Virus record (IMG/VR): IMGVR_UViG_3300046003_006038 | Span: 1-64,000 of that record | Strand: one strand, 5' to 3' | DNA length: 64,000 nt | From: a virus | Taxonomy: Duplodnaviria; Heunggongvirae; Uroviricota; Caudoviricetes | Part shown: piece after piece, positions 1 to 9,464 of the stretch | How the letters are laid out: each line of letters starts with the position of its first letter | Numbering within the stretch: position 1 is the first letter of the stretch | Notes under the pieces: model-generated | Databases searched by the model: none | What the model was told of the DNA's origin: nothing | Seen by the model: the letters and a program-made list of their open reading frames with translations, nothing else | Translations under genes and position numbers: made by a program

Positions 1-599
1 TACTCGTAATCTGCATCAGGAGTCCCTTCTGATCCAGTATTCTGTTTTGGTTGTGCTTGTGTTACTATTTTTGCTAGATCTGGGGATTGTTTACTACATT
101 CCTGTATTGCTAAGTCTATTGCGTTCAGTCTATTTTTTAAACTTGCTAGTGTTGTTGCTACAGAATCTACTATACCCAATATCCCCTTTCTATCTGCTTC
201 CAGTGTGTCCAGTAATTTATTTAACCTAATTAAAGCATCACTATACTTTGTTAATATTTTTATTGGAATACCCAAACCTCCCGACATTGGCGGTATGATT
301 GCGGTAGGAATTGGTATATTCGTAATAATCCTAATAATTGTCCTTACAGTACGTATAGTCGAATCAAGCCTCTTTGCTGTCGCTTTCAGTGAATTTATCC
401 TTTTTTCAAAAGAGTTTATGACTTTAAGTAGGTTGTTTCTCTGCTTTATAATACTCTCTAAATCCTTTCCCGAAGGGCATTGGTTTGTAAATTTTGATAG
501 TATTTCTAATACCCTGCCCTGTACTTGTGCTGATATTTTACCCTGTATAGCACCTACCTGTCTTGCTATTATTCCTGATATTTGCGGTACTATTGCCAT
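1..599 (-). CDS. hypothetical virion-associated protein, partial (N-terminal ~199 aa; C-terminus lies beyond window start)
   Basis: Hand translation of minus strand from ATG ~599 (MAIVPQISGIIARQVGAIQGK...) is open to position 1. TAATG stop/start overlap with the upstream gene. Plus ORFs 47..229 and 205..609 are its shadows. Confidence 0.55.
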   Translation of the reverse strand, partial: MAIVPQISGIIARQVGAIQGKISAQVQGRVLEILSKFTNQCPSGKDLESIIKQRNNLLKVINSFEKRINSLKATAKRLDSTIRTVRTIIRIITNIPIPTAIIPPMSGGLGIPIKILTKYSDALIRLNKLLDTLEADRKGILGIVDSVATTLASLKNRLNAIDLAIQECSKQSPDLAKIVTQAQPKQNTGSEGTPDADYE

Positions 600-1753
600 T
601 ATTCTGTAAATACTTTTTTAGATTGAAATATCTTAAATTGAGCTTTTAGCGACTGTACTGTTGCTTTTAGTGCCGGCCCTGTTGCGTTTAACTGGGTTAC
701 TGGCCCTGCTCCAACTGCAGAAGCTGTTGACATTGCATCTGCTACTGATGATAAGGTATCTAATAGTGCACCTAACCAATTCTCTAGCTGTTTACCTAAA
801 ACTACCGGTTGCTGTACACTTGGTGAAGCAGTCCTTGCTTTTTCTCCTAGTAGTATCTTTTTTGCATCTACACAGAAGTAATCTGTTGCGTCTAGGTTTA
901 ATGTCTTAGCATTCAATCCTACCGACTCTTTAGCTGATAGTAATATACTTTCCTCTTTTGCATTGAAGTACAGTCTTCCTCCATTAACTATTACTTGATT
1001 GCCTTTATATTGATCTGCTGTTTTAGGTTCGGTATTATAAGATTTCCTTTTTGTATTAGCAGACGTTAACGGTACTTTATGGTCTGACATCATGTAAATT
1101 GAGTTTACATCTCTATCTATATCTTCTACAATCGAATCTATACCATTTTTTGTCTTTATCTGACCGTTTCTTATTATTGTAAGGGGTTTTCCGTTATTCG
1201 ATGCTTCTGTCCACGGATTCTTTTCAGTCTTATAACCTCCCATTCGGATAGACTGCCCTTGCCTACCCTGTATTATCACATCTCCAGGAAACGGATAAAG
1301 AGGGTTAATATCTTTTAACTCTGGAATGTTCTTACCTATAGGGGATTGGAAGTCTACGCCTTGTGTTGGAAGTGCATTGTGATGTGTACTCCCCCATATA
1401 TTCACTACACTTGAGTAGTAATTTAGAACTTCACTACTATTTTCCTGGAAGTCTGGTGTTGGACCAACTACTATTACTACGATTTCATTAACAAAAGGAA
1501 AATGCTTCACTGCACTACTAAGTGGGTATGCATGTGGCAGTATTGCTTCCTTATCTACAGGTGTATTGATGTCCTGGTAGATTATTGAACCGATTGGTAG
1601 TTTATTCCCTTGAGCATCGTATAGTGTAGTAGTTTCGTCTAGTACTATATTTACAACTCTACCAAATACCGGTGTAGGTTGAGAATTACCTCCTCCACCT
1701 ACTCCTCTTCCGGCACTACTTATTGTATTCCCAAGAAAATAATTACCTGCCAT
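599..1753 (-). CDS. hypothetical protein, probable structural (tail/baseplate-like) protein, 384 aa
   Basis: Long ORF with ATG start; co-oriented and translationally coupled (ATGA overlap at 1753) with neighbours. No recognisable motif. Confidence 0.6.
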   Translation of the reverse strand: MAGNYFLGNTISSAGRGVGGGGNSQPTPVFGRVVNIVLDETTTLYDAQGNKLPIGSIIYQDINTPVDKEAILPHAYPLSSAVKHFPFVNEIVVIVVGPTPDFQENSSEVLNYYSSVVNIWGSTHHNALPTQGVDFQSPIGKNIPELKDINPLYPFPGDVIIQGRQGQSIRMGGYKTEKNPWTEASNNGKPLTIIRNGQIKTKNGIDSIVEDIDRDVNSIYMMSDHKVPLTSANTKRKSYNTEPKTADQYKGNQVIVNGGRLYFNAKEESILLSAKESVGLNAKTLNLDATDYFCVDAKKILLGEKARTASPSVQQPVVLGKQLENWLGALLDTLSSVADAMSTASAVGAGPVTQLNATGPALKATVQSLKAQFKIFQSKKVFTE

Positions 1754-2100
1754 TACTCTTCTTCTTTTTTAATATCTTTCCCGATTTCCTGACTTTGTTC
1801 CATTAGTTTAGCAAGCTCTTCTGGGTCAAAGAAATCTGCTTCAGATCCTTTTCCTCCAGATTCTAACCTCTGTACTAAAGCTACCATCTTAATAAGGTGT
1901 TCATCATTCTTTACTCCAACTTCTAAGTACTCTTTTATCATAGGAACAACTAAAGTTGCGTCTCCTATGTTTTCTACAAGAGGCTTTAACTCTCCAATGA
2001 GAGCATTAATCTGTTTTTCCTTATTTTTTGAATTATCGTAAATTTCTTTTAGAACATCAGAGACGGTCTTTTTCCCGAATATTGTAGTATCTAATCCCAT
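1753..2100 (-). CDS. hypothetical protein, acidic C-terminus
   Basis: ORF in track; start overlaps stop of downstream gene. Confidence 0.55.
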   Translation of the reverse strand: MGLDTTIFGKKTVSDVLKEIYDNSKNKEKQINALIGELKPLVENIGDATLVVPMIKEYLEVGVKNDEHLIKMVALVQRLESGGKGSEADFFDPEELAKLMEQSQEIGKDIKKEEE

Positions 2101-2133
2101 GCTGTATTTATTTTATAAATATCTTCGAATACA

Positions 2134-2856
2134 TTATTGAATTTCATACCCTGCTTCCTGATATACCTTATATGTCTTATAAAATTTTTCTTTAAGTCTG
2201 GAGATTACTCTAGTAAGAGTGGGTGTTTCGCAGTCTGTCATCTCCCGTATGTAAATGTATAAAGCTTTCTTCTTAAAAATATCTAAATCATGTCTAGTTT
2301 TAAATAACGTTAAAATTGCATCAGCGACAACCTGTTCTGTTTGTTTTTGAAAATCCTCCTCTAAAGTGTTGTAACAATTCTCAACAAACATATCTACTAC
2401 TTTAGCTAGTTTTATTTCCCTAGAGTATTCCTCAATATTACCTGTTTCATACGAATCTTCCATTTCTTCAAAAGATCCTACTTGTTTCAACTTCTTGTAG
2501 TTCTTATTACTGTAATTAATAAGCCACCTCTTCACTATTGTTTGAAAATAGGAAAACGCCTTAGCTCCGTTACTGGGGTCAAATCTGTGTAGTTTCTCCT
2601 CTACAAGCATACTTACTATATCTAACTTTAAATCCTCAATGCTATCTACATCTAGGTAGTAGAACTTAAAAGTATGTATAATGTTTTCTGCTAATTTGTA
2701 GAGCGGTAAATAAATCTCTTTTTTAAATACCTCATCCCTGTACATAGGGTCAGAGGATGCATTGTATCTTACTATTGCATCCTCTGTTCCTTGTGTAAAG
2801 TAGTAATTGTCTTTATTCTGTGGTTTTGCCATAATCATCTGGTAGACGGTAGGCAT
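2134..2856 (-). CDS. T4 gp55-like late-transcription sigma factor (putative)
   Basis: Segment LHRFDPSNGAKAFSYFQTIVKRWLINY resembles the gp55/sigma region-2-like block (LHNFDE...[21 protein letters not shown]). The true start may be a downstream Met (MAKPQNK). Confidence 0.45.
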   Translation of the reverse strand: MPTVYQMIMAKPQNKDNYYFTQGTEDAIVRYNASSDPMYRDEVFKKEIYLPLYKLAENIIHTFKFYYLDVDSIEDLKLDIVSMLVEEKLHRFDPSNGAKAFSYFQTIVKRWLINYSNKNYKKLKQVGSFEEMEDSYETGNIEEYSREIKLAKVVDMFVENCYNTLEEDFQKQTEQVVADAILTLFKTRHDLDIFKKKALYIYIREMTDCETPTLTRVISRLKEKFYKTYKVYQEAGYEIQ

Positions 2857-3106
2857 TTATAGTATCTTGTATTTCTTTCATAAAGTTAAAGAAAACTCCG
2901 ACTTCATCGTCAGACCTAAAAGTGCCTTTCTCATCTAATTGTTCAACATAAATTTTTGATTCACTAATAAGATACGCAACCTTTCTTAAATAACCTACTT
3001 GGTATTCTATAATATCTTCTTGCTTTGTCACCTTACGGTGTAAGTTCCAAGTAGTATATCCGAATACTAAAACCAATATTACTAAAATAACTGTTAATAT
3101 TATCAT
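2813..3106 (-). CDS. small membrane-anchored protein (N-terminal TM helix)
   Basis: Hydrophobic N-terminus IILTVILVILVLVFGY; ORF in track. Confidence 0.5.
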   Translation of the reverse strand: MIILTVILVILVLVFGYTTWNLHRKVTKQEDIIEYQVGYLRKVAYLISESKIYVEQLDEKGTFRSDDEVGVFFNFMKEIQDTINAYRLPDDYGKTTE

Positions 3107-3107
3107 A

Positions 3108-3845
3108 TTAAATTTCTTTTACTAATCCCATTAATCCCTGAGATCCGTTTACTTTCTTACCTGTTGAAGAGGTTGTTTTCTGCACCTTAGGTGTGGAAAT
3201 TCCTCCTGAAGATTTCCATGTATCGTATTCTACTTTAGAAGCTAGAAAGTCTGCTTGATGTAAAATATATACTAGATTTGTTCTGAATTTAGAATCTGGA
3301 TTAAAGGATAGGTAGTAGGGTTTATTTACATCGTCATATAATCCATCATGTAACTTTATAGCTAAATACTCTTTCTCATTCATAGCTATTCCATTTTGTT
3401 GAAGTATGAAAAGAGAACGGTCTTGAATAAGCATAAAAGACAAGTCTTTATTATGAACATACTCCTCACCTAACTTATCCTTCCTCCAGACATCTGTTTG
3501 AGGGAGGTAATTAGGCTGTCCTCTAAACCCTATTTTTCCTAAATCATGATTAAGAGCTGCAAATACTAATTCCTCATCTGTAAAATCAATAGTAGCTCCC
3601 ATAGCCTCCCATAACTCTTTTGACTTAAAAGCACAATGAACAACACGGTTTACGTGGTCAATATACCCTCCGGGAAAAGCATTATGAAAGGAAGGTTTAC
3701 CGGAAGCAGGAGCAAGTATCATTTCCTCCGCCAAAGACTCATAAAGAGATTTTAACTTCTCTTTACGATCTCCGGTGATAAAAGTATCTAATATTCTTAG
3801 ATGCTTATCCCAATTACTTTGTATCTGTTCTGCCGAAAGATTCAT
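3108..3845 (-). CDS. HD-domain metal-dependent phosphohydrolase
   Basis: H...HD...H...D pattern (DHVNRVVH, ALNHDLGK, IKLHDG, LHQADF). Confidence 0.6.
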   Translation of the reverse strand: MNLSAEQIQSNWDKHLRILDTFITGDRKEKLKSLYESLAEEMILAPASGKPSFHNAFPGGYIDHVNRVVHCAFKSKELWEAMGATIDFTDEELVFAALNHDLGKIGFRGQPNYLPQTDVWRKDKLGEEYVHNKDLSFMLIQDRSLFILQQNGIAMNEKEYLAIKLHDGLYDDVNKPYYLSFNPDSKFRTNLVYILHQADFLASKVEYDTWKSSGGISTPKVQKTTSSTGKKVNGSQGLMGLVKEI

Positions 3846-4018
3846 TAGTCTTGGTGCTCTGTGTTTAGTAATGTTTGAATATCACTTACCATTCCTAAAA
3901 GCTCCTCTACTTTTGTATAAGCGATAGCTTGTTCGTTCCTATGGATATGATATCCCATTTTTTTAATCTCTGCTTCTAATCGTTCCAACTTTTGTTGAAA
4001 TAAGTCTTTATTTCTCAT
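3845..4018 (-). CDS. small coiled-coil protein (57 aa)
   Basis: Hand-translated MRNKDLFQQKLERLEAEIKKMGYHIHRNEQAIAYTKVEELLGMVSDIQTLLNTEHQD. TAATG overlap with the HD gene; promoter-like motif upstream (4040-4110). Confidence 0.45.
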   Translation of the reverse strand: MRNKDLFQQKLERLEAEIKKMGYHIHRNEQAIAYTKVEELLGMVSDIQTLLNTEHQD

Positions 4019-4114
4019 CTTTTCTTTTTTTATTAATATTAGTTATTTTTATTTATTATATTATTAATTATCTAATAATGGCTAAGTTATGAACTTTTTT
4101 TTTAAGAAGCAACT

Positions 4115-4768
4115 TTACTGCTCAAACACTACTTTTAACTCTTTAACTACTGTCTGCTTATTCTCTCCGAAAGTGACATTAATATATATAGTTGCTGACT
4201 CCCCTATAAAATCTTCAAAAAACGCCATTGATTGCTGAGGGGTGTAGGTGTATCTGGAATTAGTGCAGAAGTAGGACTGTACTACCGACTGATTGGCATA
4301 GTAATCTGTATGGGGTTGAATTGTGTAACCTACTAAATTCATTATGGTAGTCTGTCCTGAAAGTTGCGGAAATGTGTAGGTTTGTGTACCTACTGCGATA
4401 GGTGTATCCATCTGATTACTTGACCACAACCCTTGGTAGGAATATACAGGGTATGTCCAGGTTACATTTCCCGGCAAGTAGAAGAAATTAGAATCAAAAG
4501 ATGTAATAACTAACGGGACATTGTTAATTACATACCGAGAATCTAAAGGAGATAATTGCCCTTTCACTGTAAAATAGTTTAATCCAGCATGTTTTATATG
4601 CCAAACCCCTTGCCCATCTTGGTAAGTTCCAGGATGCCCTTGAGTATCTACCCAGAAAGTGCCGTAACAATCCCCGGATAAGCACACACTAGGCTCTATT
4701 TCAGGAGTGGAACAACTAAGTACGAATAAAGAAAGTAATAAAAGGAATAAAGTTTTTAACTGTTTCAT
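4115..4768 (-). CDS. secreted lipoprotein (signal peptide + lipobox VLSC)
   Basis: MKQLKTLFLLLLSLFVLSCSTPE signal/lipobox. The track start 4822 lies inside the upstream promoter element, so the ATG at 4768 was chosen. Confidence 0.6.
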   Translation of the reverse strand: MKQLKTLFLLLLSLFVLSCSTPEIEPSVCLSGDCYGTFWVDTQGHPGTYQDGQGVWHIKHAGLNYFTVKGQLSPLDSRYVINNVPLVITSFDSNFFYLPGNVTWTYPVYSYQGLWSSNQMDTPIAVGTQTYTFPQLSGQTTIMNLVGYTIQPHTDYYANQSVVQSYFCTNSRYTYTPQQSMAFFEDFIGESATIYINVTFGENKQTVVKELKVVFEQ

Positions 4769-4787
4769 AACATTTTTATTTTGATTG

Positions 4788-4824
4788 TACCTAAATATAT
4801 GAAGAAAGACGGAGAGGAGCAACT
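4788..4824 (-). promoter_or_regulatory. phage-family promoter element (TTG / TATATTTAGG type)
   Basis: tacctaaatatatgaag...gcaact copy of the conserved intergenic element. Confidence 0.5.
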
Positions 4825-4895
4825 ATTTTATAAGTTATTTTCAAAGAATCGCCGCGCAATTATTTTATATATCCTACCCGGATACCTATTAAGTT

Positions 4896-5528
4896 TTAGT
4901 AAATTATGCATTCCCCAACGGTAAACAATGCACCTACCTCTCGAATCTTATCAAAAGCCTCAAAAGGAGTAACCTTAAAAAATTCTCTTTTACCTCCTCT
5001 ATCGGAAGAAACCCTTACAGAACTAAAATGCTTGTGAACGGCCTTCTCCACTTTTAAAGCCGAACCTTTTTTCAAAGGAAGAGCAAATTTTGGAACCCAC
5101 TCTTCAACCGTAGCTGTAGCGTTTATTGCCGTGACTCTCCTAGGAACGTCATGAATGGTCATTCCTATCTTAACGAGTGAAGTATACCCGGGATTAACCA
5201 GAACGTAAACATACTCTATATCATCGGTAGATTTCTCTTTTATCTTAGAATTCTCTATACCGTGGAAATACCTCCAGGAATATGTATTGGTATCTTGATC
5301 TACCTGTCCTTCGGATACCTCTATAAGGTATCTTGCCGAAAGAAAATCAAGGAGTTTACCTGGGGATATATGTCTGTGTTTGGATTGAAGGGTAGTAAAT
5401 GCTTCTTTCCATTTTTTTCCTACCTTGGGGTAGGCTAGAACAGACTCTGGTGAAGAATCAACAATTGTAATCTCTCCTACTAATTCAAGAGACATGGCCT
5501 CTGTCATACTTATCTTATCTCTAAACAT
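4896..5528 (-). CDS. T5orf172 (GIY-YIG-like) domain protein
   Basis: YVYVLVNPGYTSLVKIGMT ... REFFKVTPFEAFDKI motifs typical of T5orf172/DUF4041. Start moved to the internal Met to avoid overlap. Confidence 0.55.
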   Translation of the reverse strand: MFRDKISMTEAMSLELVGEITIVDSSPESVLAYPKVGKKWKEAFTTLQSKHRHISPGKLLDFLSARYLIEVSEGQVDQDTNTYSWRYFHGIENSKIKEKSTDDIEYVYVLVNPGYTSLVKIGMTIHDVPRRVTAINATATVEEWVPKFALPLKKGSALKVEKAVHKHFSSVRVSSDRGGKREFFKVTPFEAFDKIREVGALFTVGECIIY

Positions 5529-5542
5529 AATTGTTTTGAATT

Positions 5543-5740
5543 TTAGTTGAAAAAATCCCTTACCGCTAAGTTGATAACACTCCCTGCAATTATAGGCCAT
5601 ACGACAATTGTCACTAGTATTTCGCCAAAAGTCATTGTAGTACTAGAACGAGTAGCCCATATAATGGCATCCCCTATTGCTGCACAAATAAATCCTACAA
5701 TAAAGTAATCTAATAAGATATCTAAAATTAAACTTTCCAT
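5543..5740 (-). CDS. small two-TM membrane protein
   Basis: 65 aa ORF with two hydrophobic helices. Confidence 0.5.
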   Translation of the reverse strand: MESLILDILLDYFIVGFICAAIGDAIIWATRSSTTMTFGEILVTIVVWPIIAGSVINLAVRDFFN

Positions 5741-5784
5741 AACCTTTTTGTTTTTAAATTATACATAAAGATAAGTGTTTATTC

Positions 5785-6210
5785 TCACTCTACCAACTGA
5801 TTTAGTAAAAAAAGTTGTTGAAATTTAGATAAAATAATACATTTTTCATAATACTCTTCTTCTATAAATAGATCAAGTATTTCCTGTAGGGCGTAGTTAA
5901 TGGATTGTAATCCAAATTCATCCTGTAGTGATACAATAGTAACTTCCGGTATCTCTTCAATTCTCTCAAGGTATCTCATAAGTCCTATAAAGTACTTTAG
6001 TTTAATAGAATCCCTTACGCAGTCATATTGCTGGCCGTATCTTTTTTCATATAACTGATCTATTATGTAATAATTCTCCACCCCCTTCACCACCGTCCCA
6101 AATAAAACAAAAGTGTTATCCAACACATTCTCGGATTGGTGTTCTCTATACACTTCTTCATCTCCTATCTGGAATATGTTGAAGAGTTGATTTGTATCTA
6201 ATTTTTTCAT
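5785..6210 (-). CDS. hypothetical protein
   Basis: ORF in track, ATG start. Confidence 0.55.
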   Translation of the reverse strand: MKKLDTNQLFNIFQIGDEEVYREHQSENVLDNTFVLFGTVVKGVENYYIIDQLYEKRYGQQYDCVRDSIKLKYFIGLMRYLERIEEIPEVTIVSLQDEFGLQSINYALQEILDLFIEEEYYEKCIILSKFQQLFLLNQLVE

Positions 6211-6270
6211 ATTATCTTTTATATAAATATATAATGTTGATGTAATGAAAAATTTTCCGGAAAAATTCCT

Positions 6271-6537
6271 ATGAATTTCTGGAAATTATACGGAAAAGGT
6301 GATTTGGAATTATTTATTAGTATGGAAGTATATAAAAACTTTAGCGGGAAATCATCTGTATATGCATATATTATAGGAGCAGATTACATATCCATACAGT
6401 TTAAGAATTTAAAAGTTTACAACTACACATACTCTAGGGCAGGGGCAGGTAATGTAGAGAGAATGAAAACTTTAGCCAAACAGGGGTTGGGGTTGAATAC
6501 TTTTATTAAGAGGTATGTCAATAGTAATTATAGTTAA
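6271..6537 (+). CDS. KTSC-domain protein (only plus-strand protein gene accepted)
   Basis: YISIQFKNLKVYNYTYSRAGAGNVERMKTLAKQGLGLNTFIKRY matches the KTSC pattern (..V.FKNG.VY.Y..V.......SKG...N..I...Y). The start could be the internal Met at ~6322. Confidence 0.5.
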   Translation: MNFWKLYGKGDLELFISMEVYKNFSGKSSVYAYIIGADYISIQFKNLKVYNYTYSRAGAGNVERMKTLAKQGLGLNTFIKRYVNSNYS

Positions 6538-6695
6538 ACTTATATAAATATATATTACCATAGTCTAAAAATCATCAGAAATATCTCTCTCAACTAAACC
6601 CGAGAGACCCGACTGTGATACCCGTTAGGGAAACATACTAGCAGTTTTCTCTCAACTTGACATCACCGTGACGTCACCTTGACCATCCACAAAAA

Positions 6696-6716
6696 AAAAA
6701 GAGGCCTAAGCCTCTT
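6696..6716 (-). terminator. rho-independent terminator (bidirectional hairpin GAGGC-CTAA-GCCTC with A10 / T-run flanks)
   Basis: aaaaaaaaaagaggcctaagcctcttgttt; on the minus strand the hairpin is followed by T10. Confidence 0.7.
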
Positions 6717-6981
6717 GTTTAAATTCTACCAAACTTTCAAATCGATATGTTACTACAACCTTCTTACCCATCACAAAGGTAAATCCAGTAAAACTAACTC
6801 TACCTACCCTATCTACATTACATTCGTAATCATTTAATACTATTCTACCATCTAAGGAAGATCTTACTTGTCTTGTAATACATTTACCTGCATCCTCTTT
6901 ATAGGAGTAAGTTGAATCTCCTTTGTAAGTTGATTGTCCGATTGTAAAAGGTGTTCCGTTTAAAAATTGTTCTCTTGTCAT
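6706..6981 (-). CDS. hypothetical protein
   Basis: ORF in track; promoter element upstream (6994-7045). Confidence 0.55.
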   Translation of the reverse strand: MTREQFLNGTPFTIGQSTYKGDSTYSYKEDAGKCITRQVRSSLDGRIVLNDYECNVDRVGRVSFTGFTFVMGKKVVVTYRFESLVEFKQEA

Positions 6982-6993
6982 AATGTTATCTTG

Positions 6994-7045
6994 TTTTAAT
7001 TATTGATACCTAAATATAAGAACTATTCTAATCAAAGGCAACTAT
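6994..7045 (-). promoter_or_regulatory. phage-family promoter element
   Basis: ttttaattattgatacctaaatataagaac...gcaact. Confidence 0.6.
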
Positions 7046-7261
7046 TTTTAAACTATTTTTATCTACTGAGGTTAATTTATTTTCTACTGTCCTTAAGACT
7101 GCTTCATCATTCTGATCAAACATCTCTAATAAGACTCCTATAACTCTCTTTCCAAAGAACTTATCTGTGCCTTCATAAACCATTCCAATCATTGGAGAGG
7201 AAGTCTTAGCGACTTTCCTCCCTTTGACCTTCCATGTTCCTCTTAAATCTCCATCACTCAT
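7028..7261 (-). CDS. hypothetical early protein
   Basis: ORF in track. Confidence 0.55.
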   Translation of the reverse strand: MSDGDLRGTWKVKGRKVAKTSSPMIGMVYEGTDKFFGKRVIGVLLEMFDQNDEAVLRTVENKLTSVDKNSLKIVAFD

Positions 7262-7458
7262 TAGGATGCCTTTGCTAACTCTTCTTGAACATTCTCTAAT
7301 GCGATCTTATAACCAAAGTTGATTGCCATCTGCATTAATAAAATATCCATTGAACCATTATTGGCTTTAGCAAATGCTTCAAGATCTTCTCTTGTGTTAG
7401 GAGTTGCTACAATACCTCTTGATAACATTTTGAACTGCTCTTCGAAAAACTTTTCCAT
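7261..7458 (-). CDS. hypothetical early protein
   Basis: ORF in track; ATGA overlap with downstream gene. Confidence 0.55.
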   Translation of the reverse strand: MEKFFEEQFKMLSRGIVATPNTREDLEAFAKANNGSMDILLMQMAINFGYKIALENVQEELAKAS

Positions 7459-7466
7459 AACTTATT

Positions 7467-7518
7467 TGTTTTAATTATTGATACCTAAATATAAGAAATA
7501 TAATTGTAACTAGCAACT
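7467..7518 (-). promoter_or_regulatory. phage-family promoter element
   Basis: Conserved motif copy. Confidence 0.6.
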
Positions 7519-7519
7519 T

Positions 7520-7879
7520 TTATTCATCATCTCTTTCTTCATCATTTGCTCTTTCTAGCTCAACTAAATCATCTGCTTCTCCAAAGTCCATAAAGGTATT
7601 CTCTAAAGCTTCTCTAACATAATCTAAATTCAATCCAATACTTTCTACTTCCAATCTATTACCATAACTGATATTAAATTCAACTGAAGTATAATCTACA
7701 ATCTCTTCTGTATTCCTTTCAAAGCTACCGATAACTTTATCAATTGCTCTTTCAATATCATCTACTGAGATTACTCTTCCTCCTCCTTCAATTGAATTGA
7801 TAAGATTGATAACATCTTCTTTTGAAAAGATTGAAGATGCTGAATTCTGAACTGACTGTAATACTAATTCTTTTTTCAT
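7520..7879 (-). CDS. hypothetical acidic protein
   Basis: ORF in track. Confidence 0.55.
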   Translation of the reverse strand: MKKELVLQSVQNSASSIFSKEDVINLINSIEGGGRVISVDDIERAIDKVIGSFERNTEEIVDYTSVEFNISYGNRLEVESIGLNLDYVREALENTFMDFGEADDLVELERANDEERDDE

Positions 7880-7889
7880 AATGTTATAT

Positions 7890-7940
7890 GTTTTAATTAT
7901 TGATACCTAAATATAAGAACTTTATCTTTATGAGGCAACT
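7890..7940 (-). promoter_or_regulatory. phage-family promoter element
   Basis: Conserved motif copy. Confidence 0.6.
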
Positions 7941-7948
7941 TTATTTTA

Positions 7949-8218
7949 CTAAGCTTTTTTTATTTCTTTTAAAAATTCCTCTAACATATCTTCATCTGAA
8001 TTATGATACCCTAACTGACTGAAGAAGTTAGTTTCTAATTTTGAAATCAAATCTGTAAAAGATTCTATTGAATCAATTTCAAATAACATTTCCCCAAGAT
8101 TTGAATAATGATTTCTAAATTCTTCTTTCTCTAAAGGAAGATCATCTGCAAAGATGTTGTACATTTCAATTGCAGATTCTTTCAATACTTGTTTTGCTGT
8201 ATATAATAAATTTGACAT
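7949..8218 (-). CDS. hypothetical protein
   Basis: ORF in track. Confidence 0.55.
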   Translation of the reverse strand: MSNLLYTAKQVLKESAIEMYNIFADDLPLEKEEFRNHYSNLGEMLFEIDSIESFTDLISKLETNFFSQLGYHNSDEDMLEEFLKEIKKA

Positions 8219-8227
8219 AATATATTG

Positions 8228-8277
8228 TTTTAATTATTGATACCTAAATGTATGAACTTTAATTCAATTGAGCAACT
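8228..8277 (-). promoter_or_regulatory. phage-family promoter element
   Basis: Conserved motif copy (variant ..aaatgtatgaac..). Confidence 0.55.
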
Positions 8278-8280
8278 TTT

Positions 8281-8538
8281 TTAAACTAAACATTTAAAAG
8301 AAGTTTCAAAATAAACACTACTTTTTACAGCTTGTCTAACAGCATAGATAGCATCCAATAATTCTTCATACTCAAAGACATACATAGGAAGTTTTGTTTG
8401 CATATTGCTGATTGAGAAACTTGTCCTGTTGTGGTTAATTAGAGTGTAATCTAAAGTTTCTCCATTTGAGCGTACTTCAAGATTTTTTTTATTACCCATG
8501 TAATCACTAACTCCGATAACTGCTACTAATTTTGACAT
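8281..8538 (-). CDS. hypothetical protein
   Basis: ORF in track. Confidence 0.55.
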   Translation of the reverse strand: MSKLVAVIGVSDYMGNKKNLEVRSNGETLDYTLINHNRTSFSISNMQTKLPMYVFEYEELLDAIYAVRQAVKSSVYFETSFKCLV

Positions 8539-8549
8539 AATATATACTG

Positions 8550-8600
8550 TTTTAATTATTGATACCTAAATATACGAAATAGATTAGTAACTAGCAACTA
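8550..8600 (-). promoter_or_regulatory. phage-family promoter element
   Basis: Conserved motif copy. Confidence 0.6.
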
Positions 8601-8611
8601 TTTCACAAACT

Positions 8612-8642
8612 ATTTTAACCCAAAAAGGCCCCTAATAGGAGC
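8612..8642 (-). terminator. rho-independent terminator
   Basis: Minus strand: GGGCUCCUAUUAGGGGCC hairpin followed by UUUUUGGG. Confidence 0.5.
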
Positions 8643-8667
8643 CCTTTCTTCGATCAATAATTAAAAA

Positions 8668-9456
8668 CTATTCAGCTAAAGTGTGCTGAACAATATTTTC
8701 TCGTAGTCCATAAACTTGATCAATTATAGAACTAACGTTTACATTTTCTTCACTTGATGTACTACCTCCATGAGCAAAAGTAAGTACTGCAGTACCTTTC
8801 TTACCTGACTTAGAAACATCAATCAACTTAATATTAATTACAGTTGGAGTGTAGTTGTACTTCAATTGAATACCTTTTCCTTTGACAAACTCAACTCCAC
8901 CATTCTTTAAATCGAATTCAATTTTTTCTCTTTCTATAACTCTAATTAACTCTTGAACTTCTCTAACCTCTCTTCCTACTTGTTCCATTTCTTTATACAC
9001 TGCACTATATTCTTCTCTGAAAGAAAGCACAGCTTCATTTGCAGCATCAATTATTTTATCTTGATCATTCAAAACAATCTCTGCTAAATCTCCTAACATT
9101 CTTAATCTTTTTAATTCGAAAGAGTCAACTCCTTTTGTAGAAGTAGTATAGTAAGATAAATCAATTCCACTATAACACTTGTTACTTTTCACTCCATCAA
9201 AATTCCAATTCTCTCTTAAATTTAAACTAAATAATTCTTTCTTGTAAGAGTAATCTGGATGATCTGCTTTGAAGTAAACAGACCCTCTAGTTACTTCAAT
9301 GTAAGCATAAGGACTAAATCCTGAGAAGAAAGGAAGTAAAGCATCTGAAATTGCTTGTTGCTCTCTTACGTAAATGTCCCCTCTTTTGTTTTCTATTAAT
9401 TCTTTTTGAGCTGTAAGGATTGCTCTTTGATCCTCTAATAAACTTAATCTTGTCAT
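8668..9456 (-). CDS. hypothetical protein (262 aa)
   Basis: ORF in track. Confidence 0.6.
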   Translation of the reverse strand: MTRLSLLEDQRAILTAQKELIENKRGDIYVREQQAISDALLPFFSGFSPYAYIEVTRGSVYFKADHPDYSYKKELFSLNLRENWNFDGVKSNKCYSGIDLSYYTTSTKGVDSFELKRLRMLGDLAEIVLNDQDKIIDAANEAVLSFREEYSAVYKEMEQVGREVREVQELIRVIEREKIEFDLKNGGVEFVKGKGIQLKYNYTPTVINIKLIDVSKSGKKGTAVLTFAHGGSTSSEENVNVSSIIDQVYGLRENIVQHTLAE

Positions 9457-9464
9457 GATGTTAT

